Below, piece by piece: positions 47,689-60,963 of a stretch of 64,000 nt of DNA. This stretch comes from Antedon mediterranea (taxonomy: Eukaryota > Animalia > Echinodermata). The stretch covers positions 2,108,001-2,172,000 of the forward strand of contig NC_092672.1 in NCBI RefSeq assembly GCF_964355755.1, written 5' to 3'. The translations under genes were made by a program, and so were the position numbers. The notes below the pieces were generated by a model. The model made no database searches and was not told the DNA's origin. It saw only the letters and a program-made list of their open reading frames with translations. Position 1 is the first letter of the stretch. Every line of letters starts with the position of its first letter.

Positions 47689-50600
47689 GCATCAAGCATG
47701 GAGACTGTCCAATACCAGGCAATGGAACTGCAGGAGCATGCGTAGAACAGTGCACAGGTGACGGTGAATGTGCCAGTTTTATGAAGTGCTGTTCCAATGA
47801 GTGTGGTCACGTGTGTTTGGCGCCAATTCCAGGTAGGGCCTATTCTTGTGTATTTCTCATTATTTTATTTTAAAAAGTGGTATTGAGAGCTATTTACAGT
47901 TGATAACTTGAATTCGGTTTATGTATTGCGTTACAGTTATCAAAGAGGGAAGTTGTCCTACTATTGCTAATGAAACTGTTGGCATATGTGTTGAAGAATG
48001 TAGCGGAGATGAGAACTGTAATGGAACTAAAAAATGCTGCTCAAATGGATGTGGACACTCTTGTATGGAACCAGAACCAGGTATTTACTTTATGATTTGT
48101 ATCTGTCAATAGATTATTCAACGATACAATAGAATATTTAGTCTTTTTCCTGCAATAAGGAGATTTTAAGTTTTTTTTATTTTACTCGTATTTCAGCAAA
48201 TCCGATGTGTCCGGAGGTTATGTGCATGATGTTTTGTGACCACGGTTTCCAACAAGATGAAAATGGCTGCGATATCTGTCAATGCAAACGTAAATATATT
48301 TTGATTACAACATACAATTTAAAGTATTAATTGTTTTTTGTTTAGAAATGAAATAATCCTAAAATTTGCCTTTATTTTAGCAAATCCGATGTGTCCAGAA
48401 GTTATGTGCATGGTGTTTTGTGACCACGGTTTCCAACAAGACGAAAATGGCTGCGATATCTGTCAATGCAAACGTAATTATATTTTATCACAACATAAAG
48501 TATAAAATATTAATTATTTTCCTTTTAGAAATAAAATAATCCTAAATTTTACCTTTATTTCAGCAAATCCGATGTGTCCAGAAGTTATGTGCATGATGTT
48601 TTGTGACCACGGTTTCCAACAAGACGAAAATGGCTGCGATATCTGTCAATGCAAACGTAAATATATTTTGATTGTATTTGATAAATTTTGAAAAGATATT
48701 ATTTTGATAAACATAAATTATGAATCTTAAAATTCATACCAGAACAAAACCACTCATTTTTTAAATGTACGTTACAGTTATTAAAGAGGGAAGTTGTCCT
48801 ACTATTGCTAACGACACTGTTGGCATATGTGCTGAAGAATGTAGCGGAGATGAGAACTGTAATGGAACTAAAAAATGCTGCTCAAATGGATGTGGACACT
48901 CTTGTATGGAACCAGAACCAGGTATTTACTTTATGATTTGTATCTGTTAATAGATTATACAACGATACAATAGAAAATGTAGTCTTTTTTCTGAAATATG
49001 GAGATTTTATGGTTTTTTTAAATTCTACTTTTATTTCAGCAAATCCGATGTGTTCAGAAGTTATGTGTTTGATGTTTTGTGAACACGGTTTTCAACAAGA
49101 CGAAAATGGCTGCGATATCTGTCAATGCAAACGTAAGCATATTTTTATCACAACATAAAGTATATAATATTAATTATTTTTCTTTTAGAACTGAAATAAT
49201 CCTAAAATGTGCCTTTATTTCAGCAAATCCGATGTGTCCAGAAGTTATGTGCATGATGTTCTGTGATCACGGTTTCCAACAAGACGAAAATGGCTGCGAT
49301 ATCTGTCAATGCAAACGTAAATATATTTTGATTACAACATAAAGTATATTTTATTAATTATTTTTCTTTTAGAAATGAAATAATCCTAAAATTTGCCTTT
49401 ATTTCAGCAAATCCGATGTGTCCAGAAGTTATGTGTTTGTTGTTTTGTGAACACGGTTTCCAACAAGATAAAAATGGCTGCGATATCTGTCTGTGCAAAC
49501 GTAATTATATTTTTATCACAACATAAAGTATATTTTATTAATTATTTTTTCTTTTAGAAATGAAATAATCCTAAAAATTGCCTTTATTTCAGCAAATCCG
49601 ATGTGTCCAGAAGTTATGTGCATGATGTTCTGTGACCACGGTTTCCAACAAGACGAAAATGGCTGCGATATCTGTCAATGCAAACGTAAATATATTTTTA
49701 TTACAAAATAAACTATATGGTATTAATTATTTTTATTAACAAAATAAATTAATCCTAAAATTTGCCTTTATTTCAGCAAATCCGATGTGTCCAGAAGTTA
49801 TGTGCATGATGTTTTGTGATCACGGTTTCCAACAAGATGAAAATGGCTGCGATATCTGTCAATGCAAACGTAAATATATTTTGATTGTATTTGATAAATT
49901 TTGAAAAGATATTATTTTGATAAACATAAATTATGAATCTTAAAATTCATACCAGAACAAAACCACTCATTTTTTAAATGTACGTTACAGTTATTAAAGA
50001 GGGAAGTTGTCCTACTATTGCTAACGACACTGTTGGTATATGTGCTGAAGAATGTAGCGGAGATGAGAACTGTAATGGAACTAAAAAATGTTGCTCAAAT
50101 GGATGTGGACACTCTTGTATGGAACCAGAACCAGGTATTTACTTTATGATTTGTATCTACCAATAGATTATACAACGATACAATAGAAAATGTAGTCTTT
50201 TTTCTGCAATATGGAGATTTTATGGGTTTTTTTAAATTCTACTTTTATTTCAGCAAATCCGATGTGTCCAGAAGTTATGTGTTTGATATTTTGTGAACAC
50301 GGTTTTCAACAAGACGAAAATGGCTGCGATATCTGTCAATGCAAACGTAAGCATATTTTTATCACAACATAAAGTATATAATATTAATTATTTTTCTTTT
50401 AGAACTGAAATAATCCTAAAATTTGCCTTTATTTCAGCAAATCCGATGTGTTCAGAAGTTATGTGCATGATGTTTTGTGATCACGGTTTCCAACAAGATG
50501 AAAATGGCTGCGATATCTGTCAATGCAAACGTAAATATATTTTGATTACAACATAAAGTATATTTTATTAATTATTTTTCTTTTAGAAATGAAATAATCC

Positions 50601-53600
50601 TAAAATTTGCCTTTATTTCAGCAAATCCGATGTGTCCAGAAGTTATGTGCATGATGTTTTGTGATCACGGTTTCCAACAAGATGAAAATGGCTGCGATAT
50701 CTGTCAATGCAAACGTAATTATATTTTGATTACAACATAAAATATAAAGTATTAATTGTTTTTTGTTTAGAAATAAAAAATCTAAAGTTTTGCCTTTATT
50801 TCAGAAAATCCGATGTGTCCAGACGTTATGTGTATGATGTTTTGTGATCACGGTTTACAACAAGACGAAAATGGCTGCGATATCTGTCAATGCAAACGTA
50901 AATATATTTTTATCACAACATAAACTATATTTTATTAATTATTTTTTCTTTTAGAAATGAAATAATCCTAAAATTTGCCTTTATTTCAGCAAATCCGATG
51001 TGTCCAGAAGTTATGTGTTTGATGTTTTGTGAACACGGTTTCCAACAAGACGAAAATGGCTGCGATATCTGTCACTGCAAACGTAAATTTATTTTGATTG
51101 TATTTGATAAATTTTGAAAAGATATTTTTTTGATAAACATAAATTATGAATCTTAAAATTCATACCAGAACAAAACCACTCATTTTTTAAATGTACGTTA
51201 CAGTTATTAAAGAGGGAAGTTGTCCTACTATTGCTAACGACACTGTTGGCATATGTGCTGAAGAATGTAGCGGAGATGAGAACTGTAATGGAACTAAAAA
51301 ATGCTGCTCAAATGGATGTGGACACTCTTGTATGGAACCAGAACCAGGTATTTACTTTATGATTTGTATCTATTAATAGATTATACAACGATACAATAGA
51401 AAATGTAGTCTTTTTTCTGAAATATGGAGATTTTATGGTTTTTTTAAATTCTACTTTTATTTCAGCAAATCCGATGTGTCCAGAAGTTATGTGTTTGATG
51501 TTTTGTGAACACGGTTTTCAACAAGACGAAAATGGCTGCGATATCTGTCAATGCAAACGTAAGCATATTTTTATCACAACATAAAGTATATAATATTAAT
51601 TATTTTTCTTTTAGAACTGAAATAATCTTAAAATGTGCCTTTATTTCAGCAAATCCGATGTGTCCAGAAGTTATGTGTATGATGTTTTGTGAACACGGTT
51701 TCCAACAAGACGAAAATGGCTGCGATATCTGTCAATGCAAACGTAAGCATATTTTTATCACAACTTAAAGTATATAATATTAATTATTTTTCTTTTAGAA
51801 CTGAAATAATCCTAAAATTTGCCTTTATTTCAGCAAATCCGATGTGTCCAGAAGTTATGTGCATGATGTTTTGTGACCACGGTTTCCAACAAGATGAAAA
51901 TGGCTGTGATATCTGTCAATGCAAACGTAAATATATTTTGATTACAACATAAAGTATATTTTATTAATTATTTTTCTTTTAGAAATGAAATAATCCTAAA
52001 ATTTGCCTTTATTTCAGAAAATCCGATGTGTCCAGACGTTATGTGTATGATGTTTTGTGATCACGGTTTACAACAAGACGAAAATGGCTGCGATATCTGT
52101 CAATGCAAACGTAAATATATTTTTATCACAACATAAACTATATTTTATTAATTATTTTTTCTTTTAGAAATGAAATAATCCTAAAATTTGCCTTTATTTC
52201 AGCAAATCCGATGTGTCCAGAAGTTATGTGTTTGATGTTTTGTGAACACGGTTTCCAACAAGACGAAAATGGCTGCGATATCTGTCAATGCAAACGTAAA
52301 TATATTTTGATTGTATTTGATAAATTTTGAAAAGATATTATTTTGATAAACATAAATTATGAATCTTAAAATTCATACCAGAACAAAACCACTCGTTGTT
52401 TTTAATGTACGTTACAGTTATTAAAGAGGGAAGTTGTCCTACTATTGCTAACGAAACTGTTGGCATATGTGTTGAAGAATGTAGCGGAGATGAGAACTGT
52501 AACGGAACTAAAAAATGCTGCTCAAATGGATGTGGACACTCTTGTATGGAACCAGAACCAGGTATTTACTTTATGATTTGTATCTATCAATAGATTATTC
52601 AACGATACAATAGAATATTTAGTCTTTTTCCTGCAATAAGGAGATTTTAAGTTTTTTTTATTTTACTCGTATTTCAGCAAATCCGATGTGTCCGGAGGTT
52701 ATGTGCATGATGTTTTGTGACCACGGTTTCCAACAAGATGAAAATGGCTGCGATATCTGTCACTGCAAACGTAATTATATTTTGATTACAACATACAATT
52801 TAAAGTATTAATTGTTTTTTGTTTAGAAATGAAATAATCCTAAAATTTGCCTTTATTTTAGCAAATCCGATGTGTCCAGAAGTTATGTGCATGATGTTTT
52901 GTGACCACGGTTTCCAACAAGACGAAAATGGCTGCGATATCTGTCAATGCAAACGTAATTATATTTTATCACAACATAAAGTATAAAATATTAATTATTT
53001 TCCTTTTAGAAATAAAATAATCCTAAATTTTACCTTTATTTCAGCAAATCCGATGTGTCCAGAACTTATGTGCATGATGTTTTGTGACCACGGTTTCCAT
53101 CAAGACGAAAATGGCTGCGATATCTGTCAATGCAAACGTAAATATATTTTGATTGTATTTGATAAATTTTGAAAAGATATTATTTTGATAAACATAAATT
53201 ATGAATCTTAAAATTCATACCAGAACAAAACCACTCATTTTTTAAATGTACGTTACAGTTATTAAAGAGGGAAGTTGTCCTACTATTGCTAACGACACTG
53301 TTGGCATATGTGCTGAAGAATGTAGCGGAGATGAGAACTGTAATGGAACTAAAAAATGCTGCTCAAATGGATGTGGACACTCTTGTATGGAACCAGAACC
53401 AGGTATTTACTTTATGATTTGTATCTATTAATAGATTATACAACGATACAATAGAAAATGTAGTCTTTTTTCTGCAATATGGAGATTTTATGGTTTTTTT
53501 AAATTCTATTTTTATTTCAGCAAATCCGATGTGTCCAGAAGTTATGTGTTTGATGTTTTGTGAACACGGTTTTCAACAAGACGAAAATGGCTGCGATATC

Positions 53601-56600
53601 TGTCAATGCAAACGTAAGCATATTTTTATCACAACATAAAGTATATAATATTAATTATTTTTCTTTTAGAACTGAAATAATCCTAAAATGTGCCTTTATT
53701 TCAGCAAATCCGATGTGTCCAGAAGTTATGTGCATGATGTTCTGTGATCACGGTTTCCAACAAGACGAAAATGGCTGCGATATCTGTCAATGCAAACGTA
53801 AATATATTTTGATTACAACATAAAGTATATTTTATTAATTATTTTCTTTTAGAAATGAAATAATCCTAAAATTTGCCTTTATTTCAGCAAATCCGATGTG
53901 TCCAGAAGTTATGTGTTTGTTGTTTTGTGAACACGGTTTCCAACAAGATGAAAATGGATGCGATATCTGTCTGTGCAAACGTAATTATATTTTTATCACA
54001 ACATAAAGTATATTTTATTAATTTTTTTTTTTTTTAGAAATGAAATAATCCTAAAAAATGCCTTTATTTCAGCAAATCCGATGTGTCCAGAACTTATGTG
54101 CATGATGTTTTGTGACCATGGTTTCCATCAAGACGAAAATGGCTGCGATATCTGTCAATGCAAACGTAAATATATTTTGATTGTATTTGATAAATTTTGA
54201 AAAGATATTATTTTGATAAACATAAATTATGAATCTTAAAATTCATACCAGAACAAAACCACTCATTTTTTAAATGTACGTTACAGTTATTAAAGAGGGA
54301 AGTTGTCCTACTATTGCTAACGACACTGTTGGCATATGTGCTGACGAATGTAGCGGAGATGAGAACTGTAATGGAACTAAAAAATGCTGCTCAAATGGAT
54401 GTGGACACTCTTGTATGGAACCAGAACCAGGTATTTACTTTATGATTTGTATCTATTAATAGATTATACAACGATACAATAGAAAATGTAGTCTTTTTTC
54501 TGCAATATGGAGATTTTATGTTTTTTTAAAATTCTACTTTTATTTCAGCAAATCCGATGTGTCCAGAAGTTATGTGTTTGATGTTTTGTGAACACGGTTT
54601 TCAACAAGACGAAAATGGCTGCGATATCTGTCAATGCAAACGTAAGCATATTTTTATCACAACATAAAGTATATAATATTAATTATTTTTCTTTTAGAAC
54701 TGAAATAATCCTAAAATGTGCCTTTATTTCAGCAAATCCGATGTGTCCAGAAGTTATGTGCATGATGTTCTGTGATCACGGTTTCCAACAAGACGAAAAT
54801 GGCTGCGATATCTGTCAATGCAAACGTAAATATATTTTGATTACAACATAAAGTATATTTTATTAATTATTTTTCTTTTAGAAATGAAATAATCCTAAAA
54901 TTTGCCTTTATTTCAGCAAATCCGATGTGTCCAGAAGTTATGTGTTTGTTGTTTTGTGAACACGGTTTCCAACAAGATGAAAATGGCTGCGACATCTGTC
55001 TGTGCAAACGTAATTATATTTTTATCACAACATAAAGTATATTTTATTAATTATTTTTTCTTTTAGAAATGAAATAATCCTAAAAATTGCCTTTATTTCA
55101 GCAAATCCGATGTGTCCAGAAGTTATGTGTATGATGTTTTGTGACCACGGTTTCCAACAAGATGAAAATGGCTGCGATATCTGTCTGTGCAAACGTAAAT
55201 ATATTTTTATTACAAAATAAACTATATGGTATTAATTATTTTTATTAACAAAATAAATTAATCCTAAAATTTGCCTTTATTTCAGCAAATCCGATGTGTT
55301 CAGAAGTTATGTGCATGATGTTTTGTGATCACGGTTTCCATCAAGACGAAAATGGCTGCGATATCTGTCAATGCAAACGTAAATATATTTTGATTGTATT
55401 TGATAAATTTTGAAAAGATATTATTTTGATAAACATTTAATTATGAATCTTAAAATTCATACCAGAACAAAACCACTCATTTTTTAAATGTACGTTACAG
55501 TTATTAAAGAGGGAAGTTGTCCTACTATTGCTAACGACACTGTTGGCATATGTGCTGAAGAATGTAGCGGAGATGACAACTGTAATGGAACTAAAAAATG
55601 CTGCTCAAATGGATGTGGACACTCTTGTATGGAACCAGAACCAGGTATTTACTTTATGATTTGTATCTATTAATAGATTATACAACGATACAATAGAAAA
55701 TGTAGTCTTTTTTCTGAAATATGGAGATTTTATGGTTTTTTTAAATTCTACTTTTATTTCAGCAAATCCGATGTGTCCAGAAGTTATGTGTTTGATGTTT
55801 TGTGAACACGGTTTTCAACAAGACGAAAATGGCTGCGATATCTGTCAATGCAAACGTAAGCATATTTTTATCACAACATAAAGTATATAATATTAATTAT
55901 TTTTCTTTTAGAACTGAAATAATCCTAAAATGTGCCTTTATTTCAGCAAATCCGATGTGTCCAGAAGTTATGTGCATGATGTTCTGTGATCACGGTTTCC
56001 AACAAGACGAAAATGGCTGCGATATCTGTCAATGCAAACGTAAATATATTTTGATTACAACATAAAGTATATTTTATTAATTATTTTTCTTTTAGAAATG
56101 AAATATTCCTAAAATTTGCCTTTATTTCAGCAAATCCGATGTGTCCAGAAGTTATGTGTTTGTTGTTTTGTGAACACGGTTTCCAACAAGATGAAAATGG
56201 CTGCGACATCTGTCTGTGCAAACGTAATTATATTTTTATCACAACATAAAGTATATTTTATTAATTATTTTTTCTTTTAGAAATGAAATAATCCTAAAAA
56301 TTGCCTTTATTTCAGCAAATCCGATGTGTCCAGAAGTTATGTGCATGATGTTCTGTGATCACGGTTTCCAACAAGACGAAAATGGCTGCGATATCTGTCA
56401 ATGCAAACGTAAATATATTTTGATTACAACATAAAGTATATTTTATTAATTATTTTTCTTTTAGAAATGAAATAATCCTAAAATTTGCCTTTATTTCAGC
56501 AAATCCGATGTGTCCAGAAGTTATGTGCATGATGTTTTGTGATCATGGTTTCCAACAAGATGAAAATGGCTGCGATATCTGTCACTGCAAACGTAAATAT

Positions 56601-59378
56601 ATTTTTATCATAACATAAAATATATTTTATTAATTATTTTTTCTTTTAGAAATGAAATAATCCTAAAATTTGCCTTTATTTCAGCAAATCCGATGTGTCC
56701 AGAAGTTATGTGCATGATGTTTTGTGATCACGGTTTCCATCAAGACGAAAATGGCTGCGATATCTGTCACTGCAAACGTAAAAATATATCTTGATTGTAT
56801 TTGATAAATTTTGAAAAGATATTATTTTGATAAACATAAATTATGAATCTTAAAATTCATACCAGAACAAAACCACTCATTTTTTAAATGTACGTTACAG
56901 TTATTAAAGAGGGAAGTTGTCCTACTATTGCTAACGACACTGTTGGCATTTGTGCTGAAGAATGTAGCGGAGATGACAACTGTAATGGAACTAAAAAATG
57001 CTGCTCAAATGGATGTGGACACTCTTGTATGGAACCAGAACCAGGTATTTACTTTATGATTTGTATCTACTAATAGATTATACAACGATACAATAGAAAA
57101 TGTAGTCTTTTTTCTGCAATATGGAGATTTTATGGTTTTTTAAAATTCTACTTTTATTTCAGCAAATCCGATGTGTCCAGAAGTTATGTGTTTGATGTTT
57201 TGTGATCACGGTTTTCAACAAGACGAAAATGGCTGCGATATCTGTCAATGCAAACGTAAATATATTTTGATTACAACATAAAGTATATTTTATTAATTAT
57301 TTTTCTTTTAGAAATGAAATAATCCTAAAATTTGCCTTTATTTCAGCAAATCCGATGTGTCCAGAAGTTATGTGCATGATGTTTTGTGAACACGGTTTCC
57401 AACAAGACGAAAATGGCTGCGATATCTGTCAATGCAAACGTAATTATATTTTGATTACAACATAAAATATAAAGTATTAATTGTTTTTTGATTAGAAATA
57501 AAAAAAATCTAAAGTTTTGCCTTTATTTCAGAAAATCCGATGTGTCCAGAAGTTATGTGTTTGATGTTTTGTGACCACGGTTTCCAACAAGATGAAAATG
57601 GCTGCGATATCTGTCAATGCAAACGTAAATATATTTGTATTGCTATATAAACTAAATATTATTAGTTACGTGTCTTTAACAAATAGTTTTTAGTTTTCCG
57701 CAGAGTCGAGATTTCATGTTGTTTTTAAATTCCACTTGTTTTTACAGCAAATCCGATGTGTCCAGAAGTTATGTGCGCGATGTTTTGTGACCACGGTTTT
57801 CAACAAGATAAAAATGGCTGCGATATCTGTCAATGTAAACGTAAGTATATTTATATTACAACATAAATTATTTAGTATTACTTTTTTTAAAGAAATAAAA
57901 TAATCCTAAATCTTACATATTTCAGCAAATCCGATGTGTTCAGAAGTAATGTGTAGGATGTTTTGTGAACACGGTTTCCAACAAGATGAAAATGGCTGCG
58001 ATATCTGTGAATGCAAACGTAATTATATATTTTTTGTTTTTGACCTCTCAAACTCATTCTCAGTTGTTATATTTCCATCCCATTGATTGCTATTCACTAA
58101 ATAATCCGATATAATACTATAGCTGTTCCATTTGCGATTCACTAGGATCATTGTATTCTCCTACATCAATAATCCTTGGGTTAACCGAAGGATCTCAATT
58201 ACAATTATACCTAGGCCTATTAAATGTGCAATTTGGACTACTGTATGTTGGTTGTAAGCAGTTATGAAATACATTTAATGTTTTACATCTTTATAGTTCC
58301 AAAGAAAGGTTTTTGTCCCAAAGTCAAAACAGATGATTTTGGAATTTGTGCCGAGAAATGTACGTCTGACTCCAATTGTACCGGTTCCTTTAAGTGTTGT
58401 TCAAACGGGTGCGGGCGTGCTTGTATGGAACCGCTCGACCAACCAGGTAAAATTATTTATTTCCGATCATGATGAGAGAAATAACAAGATGTGCGCATAT
58501 CTAAATCAATCCTAGTAAACAGGCCAATTGAACTAAAGAAGTATTATAAGTGATACAATAGGCCTAATTACCAACGATGTAATTAATAATATTAATTACA
58601 AATACTTATTTTAGCTGTTCCGGGCTGTCCAGATTTCATGTGTGAAGTATTTTGTGAGCAACACAATTTCGAACATATCTGTGATAAGTGTAAATGCAAA
58701 GGTAATATCAGTGAGGTCTATTTTATTTGTGTTGTTGATTTAGCTAAGAGCTGCAACGCAAGTACGTAGACGCAACAAAGTGGGTTGACCAATGACAGCA
58801 AAAGTTCGAATAATCGGTCGCTTGTGATTGGTCAAACCACTTAAGTTTGGTTCATACTAGGACGTTAACGCAACGACGTAAGGGCCACGTAACTAAAGCG
58901 TGGTTCCCACTAGCGACGCAACACAAGGACGTAACGCAACGCAAGTGAATTGACCAATCACAAGCGATGGCTTATTCGCTTGTGATTGCTAACTGTCTAT
59001 AACTTCGCTTGTCATTGGTTAAAACGCTTGCGTTGCGTTTACGTCCTTGCGTTACGTTCTAGTGGGAACCAAGGTTAATTATCCAAATATTCGCTTGTGA
59101 TTGGTCAAATCGCTTGCGTTGCGCTTATGTCCATGCGTTGCTTCCATAAGGAGAAGCATTCTGAGGATATAATAACTAACAGGCCTACAAATATACACCT
59201 ATATAATATTTCCAATGTATGAAGACATCATCATAATGATTATTTATGTTTTGTTGTAGGCAAGACTGAAATTCCTCCTGCATACTCGGAAACTATAGGC
59301 AATACAGGATCTGGGATGATTGCAACTTTTTTCGTGGTGATCTGCCTCGCAACTGTGAGTTCTTTGATCACGTGGTAA
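47689..59378 (+). CDS. Giant WAP/antistasin multidomain protein W3 (11 WAP + 41 antistasin-like + 1 degenerate antistasin-like module + GPI-type signal); 5' end unresolved
   Basis: WAP exons 47689-47832, nine 144-nt copies starting at ~47937, 48778, 49991, 51204, 52418, 53259, 54287, 55501 and 56901, and 58297-58446. Forty-one 93-nt exons (NPMCPEVMCMMFCDHGFQQDENGCDICQCK) from 48197 to 58018. Divergent exon 58615-58701. Last exon 59260-59378 (GKTEIPPAYSETIGNTGSGMIATFFVVICLATVSSLITW*). All are phase 1 GT-AG, and no stops were seen. Confidence 0.9.
47930..58020 (+). repeat. Higher-order exon-intron tandem array (~184-bp antistasin units grouped with a WAP unit into ~0.84-1.4 kb blocks)
   Basis: Antistasin units per block: 3, 5, 5, 5, 3, 4, 5, 6, 5. 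Introns are nearly as similar between copies as exons. Confidence 0.97.
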
Positions 59379-60963
59379 ACAAAGACGGCGCAGTATAAAG
59401 AGCGCACTCTATACACAACGATTTACCTTGTTTTTATTTTACAAGACAGCGTTCGCTATACCTAAAGAGCACTGTGTAAAACTATATTTACCTTGTCAAC
59501 ACCAATGCTTCGTATTATTGAATGTACGTAATAATTAGTTTAACATAACACAAATTATCAAAATTACTGAGATATATATATATATATTTTGATTTTTAGC
59601 TAAATTTATAATACAATTATTTTTATACCGTTTTATATATTAGTATATTAAACAAAAAATATAATAAATCATTTCCAATCATATTGAATATGGTTCTCTT
59701 GAAAGTTTGATGTGTCAATCAGATAACACTCAAGAAACTTGGGAGGCACAGAACGGCTAATTAGACAAATCGTTTGAGAATTGTATCAACTGAGTGGCTA
59801 TGATGGGTAATACTGTAAACGTTTCAATAACACTTAAGCTTAAGTATAAATATACAAGAAATAATACTATATAGTAAACAAATATAAGTTGTTTGCTCAT
59901 AACACGCTTTCTCTAAACATGGAGATATATAGTATATATTTCCTTCATGCTTTAAAGCTCTGTTTACACTATCAAACTAGTTTGACAAAAAAAGGTGTGA
60001 TGTGCCCAAATAAGGTAGTGACATCATGATGTCCATATATGAGCACATCACATTCGTTTGTCACATAAAGTTTGACAAGGTTATATGCTTGGTTCCCAGA
60101 TAAGACGTAACGCAACGTAAGGGATTTGAACAATCACAAGCGATGGATTTATTCTACTGTTGCTTGTCATTGCGTTCGTCATAGTGGGAACCAAGCTTAA
60201 AAAACAAACGCACACGACCGAGTTTCCATTCACGAATCGACTCGCATTCCTGAGTAGTCGGCGAATTTTTTCCATGTCACAAAAAGTTTATTCGTCAGTG
60301 GAAAACCGGCTTTAAGCGGCATTGTTCCATACAAGGCATTCGAAGTCACTGTATTGATGCGACTGAATTGAAAATTAACTGAAACGATCGGTTAGGGCCA
60401 GTAACACCTACTTAACATAAGCGTGACCCGTCTCTTTGATATAATAATTATGTATAAATGAAATGCTAGTAGGCCTACAGTACTTATTAACCACAGCCAT
60501 AGATGAATTCATTGATGTTAAGAGCGAGCGTTGTGTACACCGTAGGTGATCAAGAACCGTACTAATGTCTGGTTACGTGGTGGGAATACCCGAACCCACA
60601 ATCATGGTTCATTACACAACAATGTGTCGTATACTTGAATAAAATATTAATATATTTTCTATAGGCTTATGTGCACCTTGGAGCATTGAGGTCAGGTTGT
60701 GGTTCATTAGTCAATCATCGAATGGAATTATAATGTACAAACGCTTTTTTAGCACACAATACCTTTGTTGTTCCGATTCATTTCACTATTCACACATAAA
60801 TAATATTATCGTAGTTTAGGTTTCTTTGTAACAATAATACCGTTACAATAATACTGCACGGTCTCGTTCGGTTGATCTGTCTGATTGGAAAGGTTAAAGG
60901 TTAAACCATGGACCTCTATCAATTTGATTTAATTGGATCTAATGTATAGGTTCATAGTTAAGA

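Noticed and set aside
49079-56065. Repeated 87-aa ORFs MNTVFNKTKMAAISVNANV...
   Set aside because: They are out-of-frame reads of one antistasin exon running through an intron into the next exon.
47930-58020. CRISPR-like repeat-spacer appearance
   Set aside because: The 'spacers' are homologous GT-AG introns and the 'repeats' are coding exons. The context is eukaryotic and there are no cas genes.
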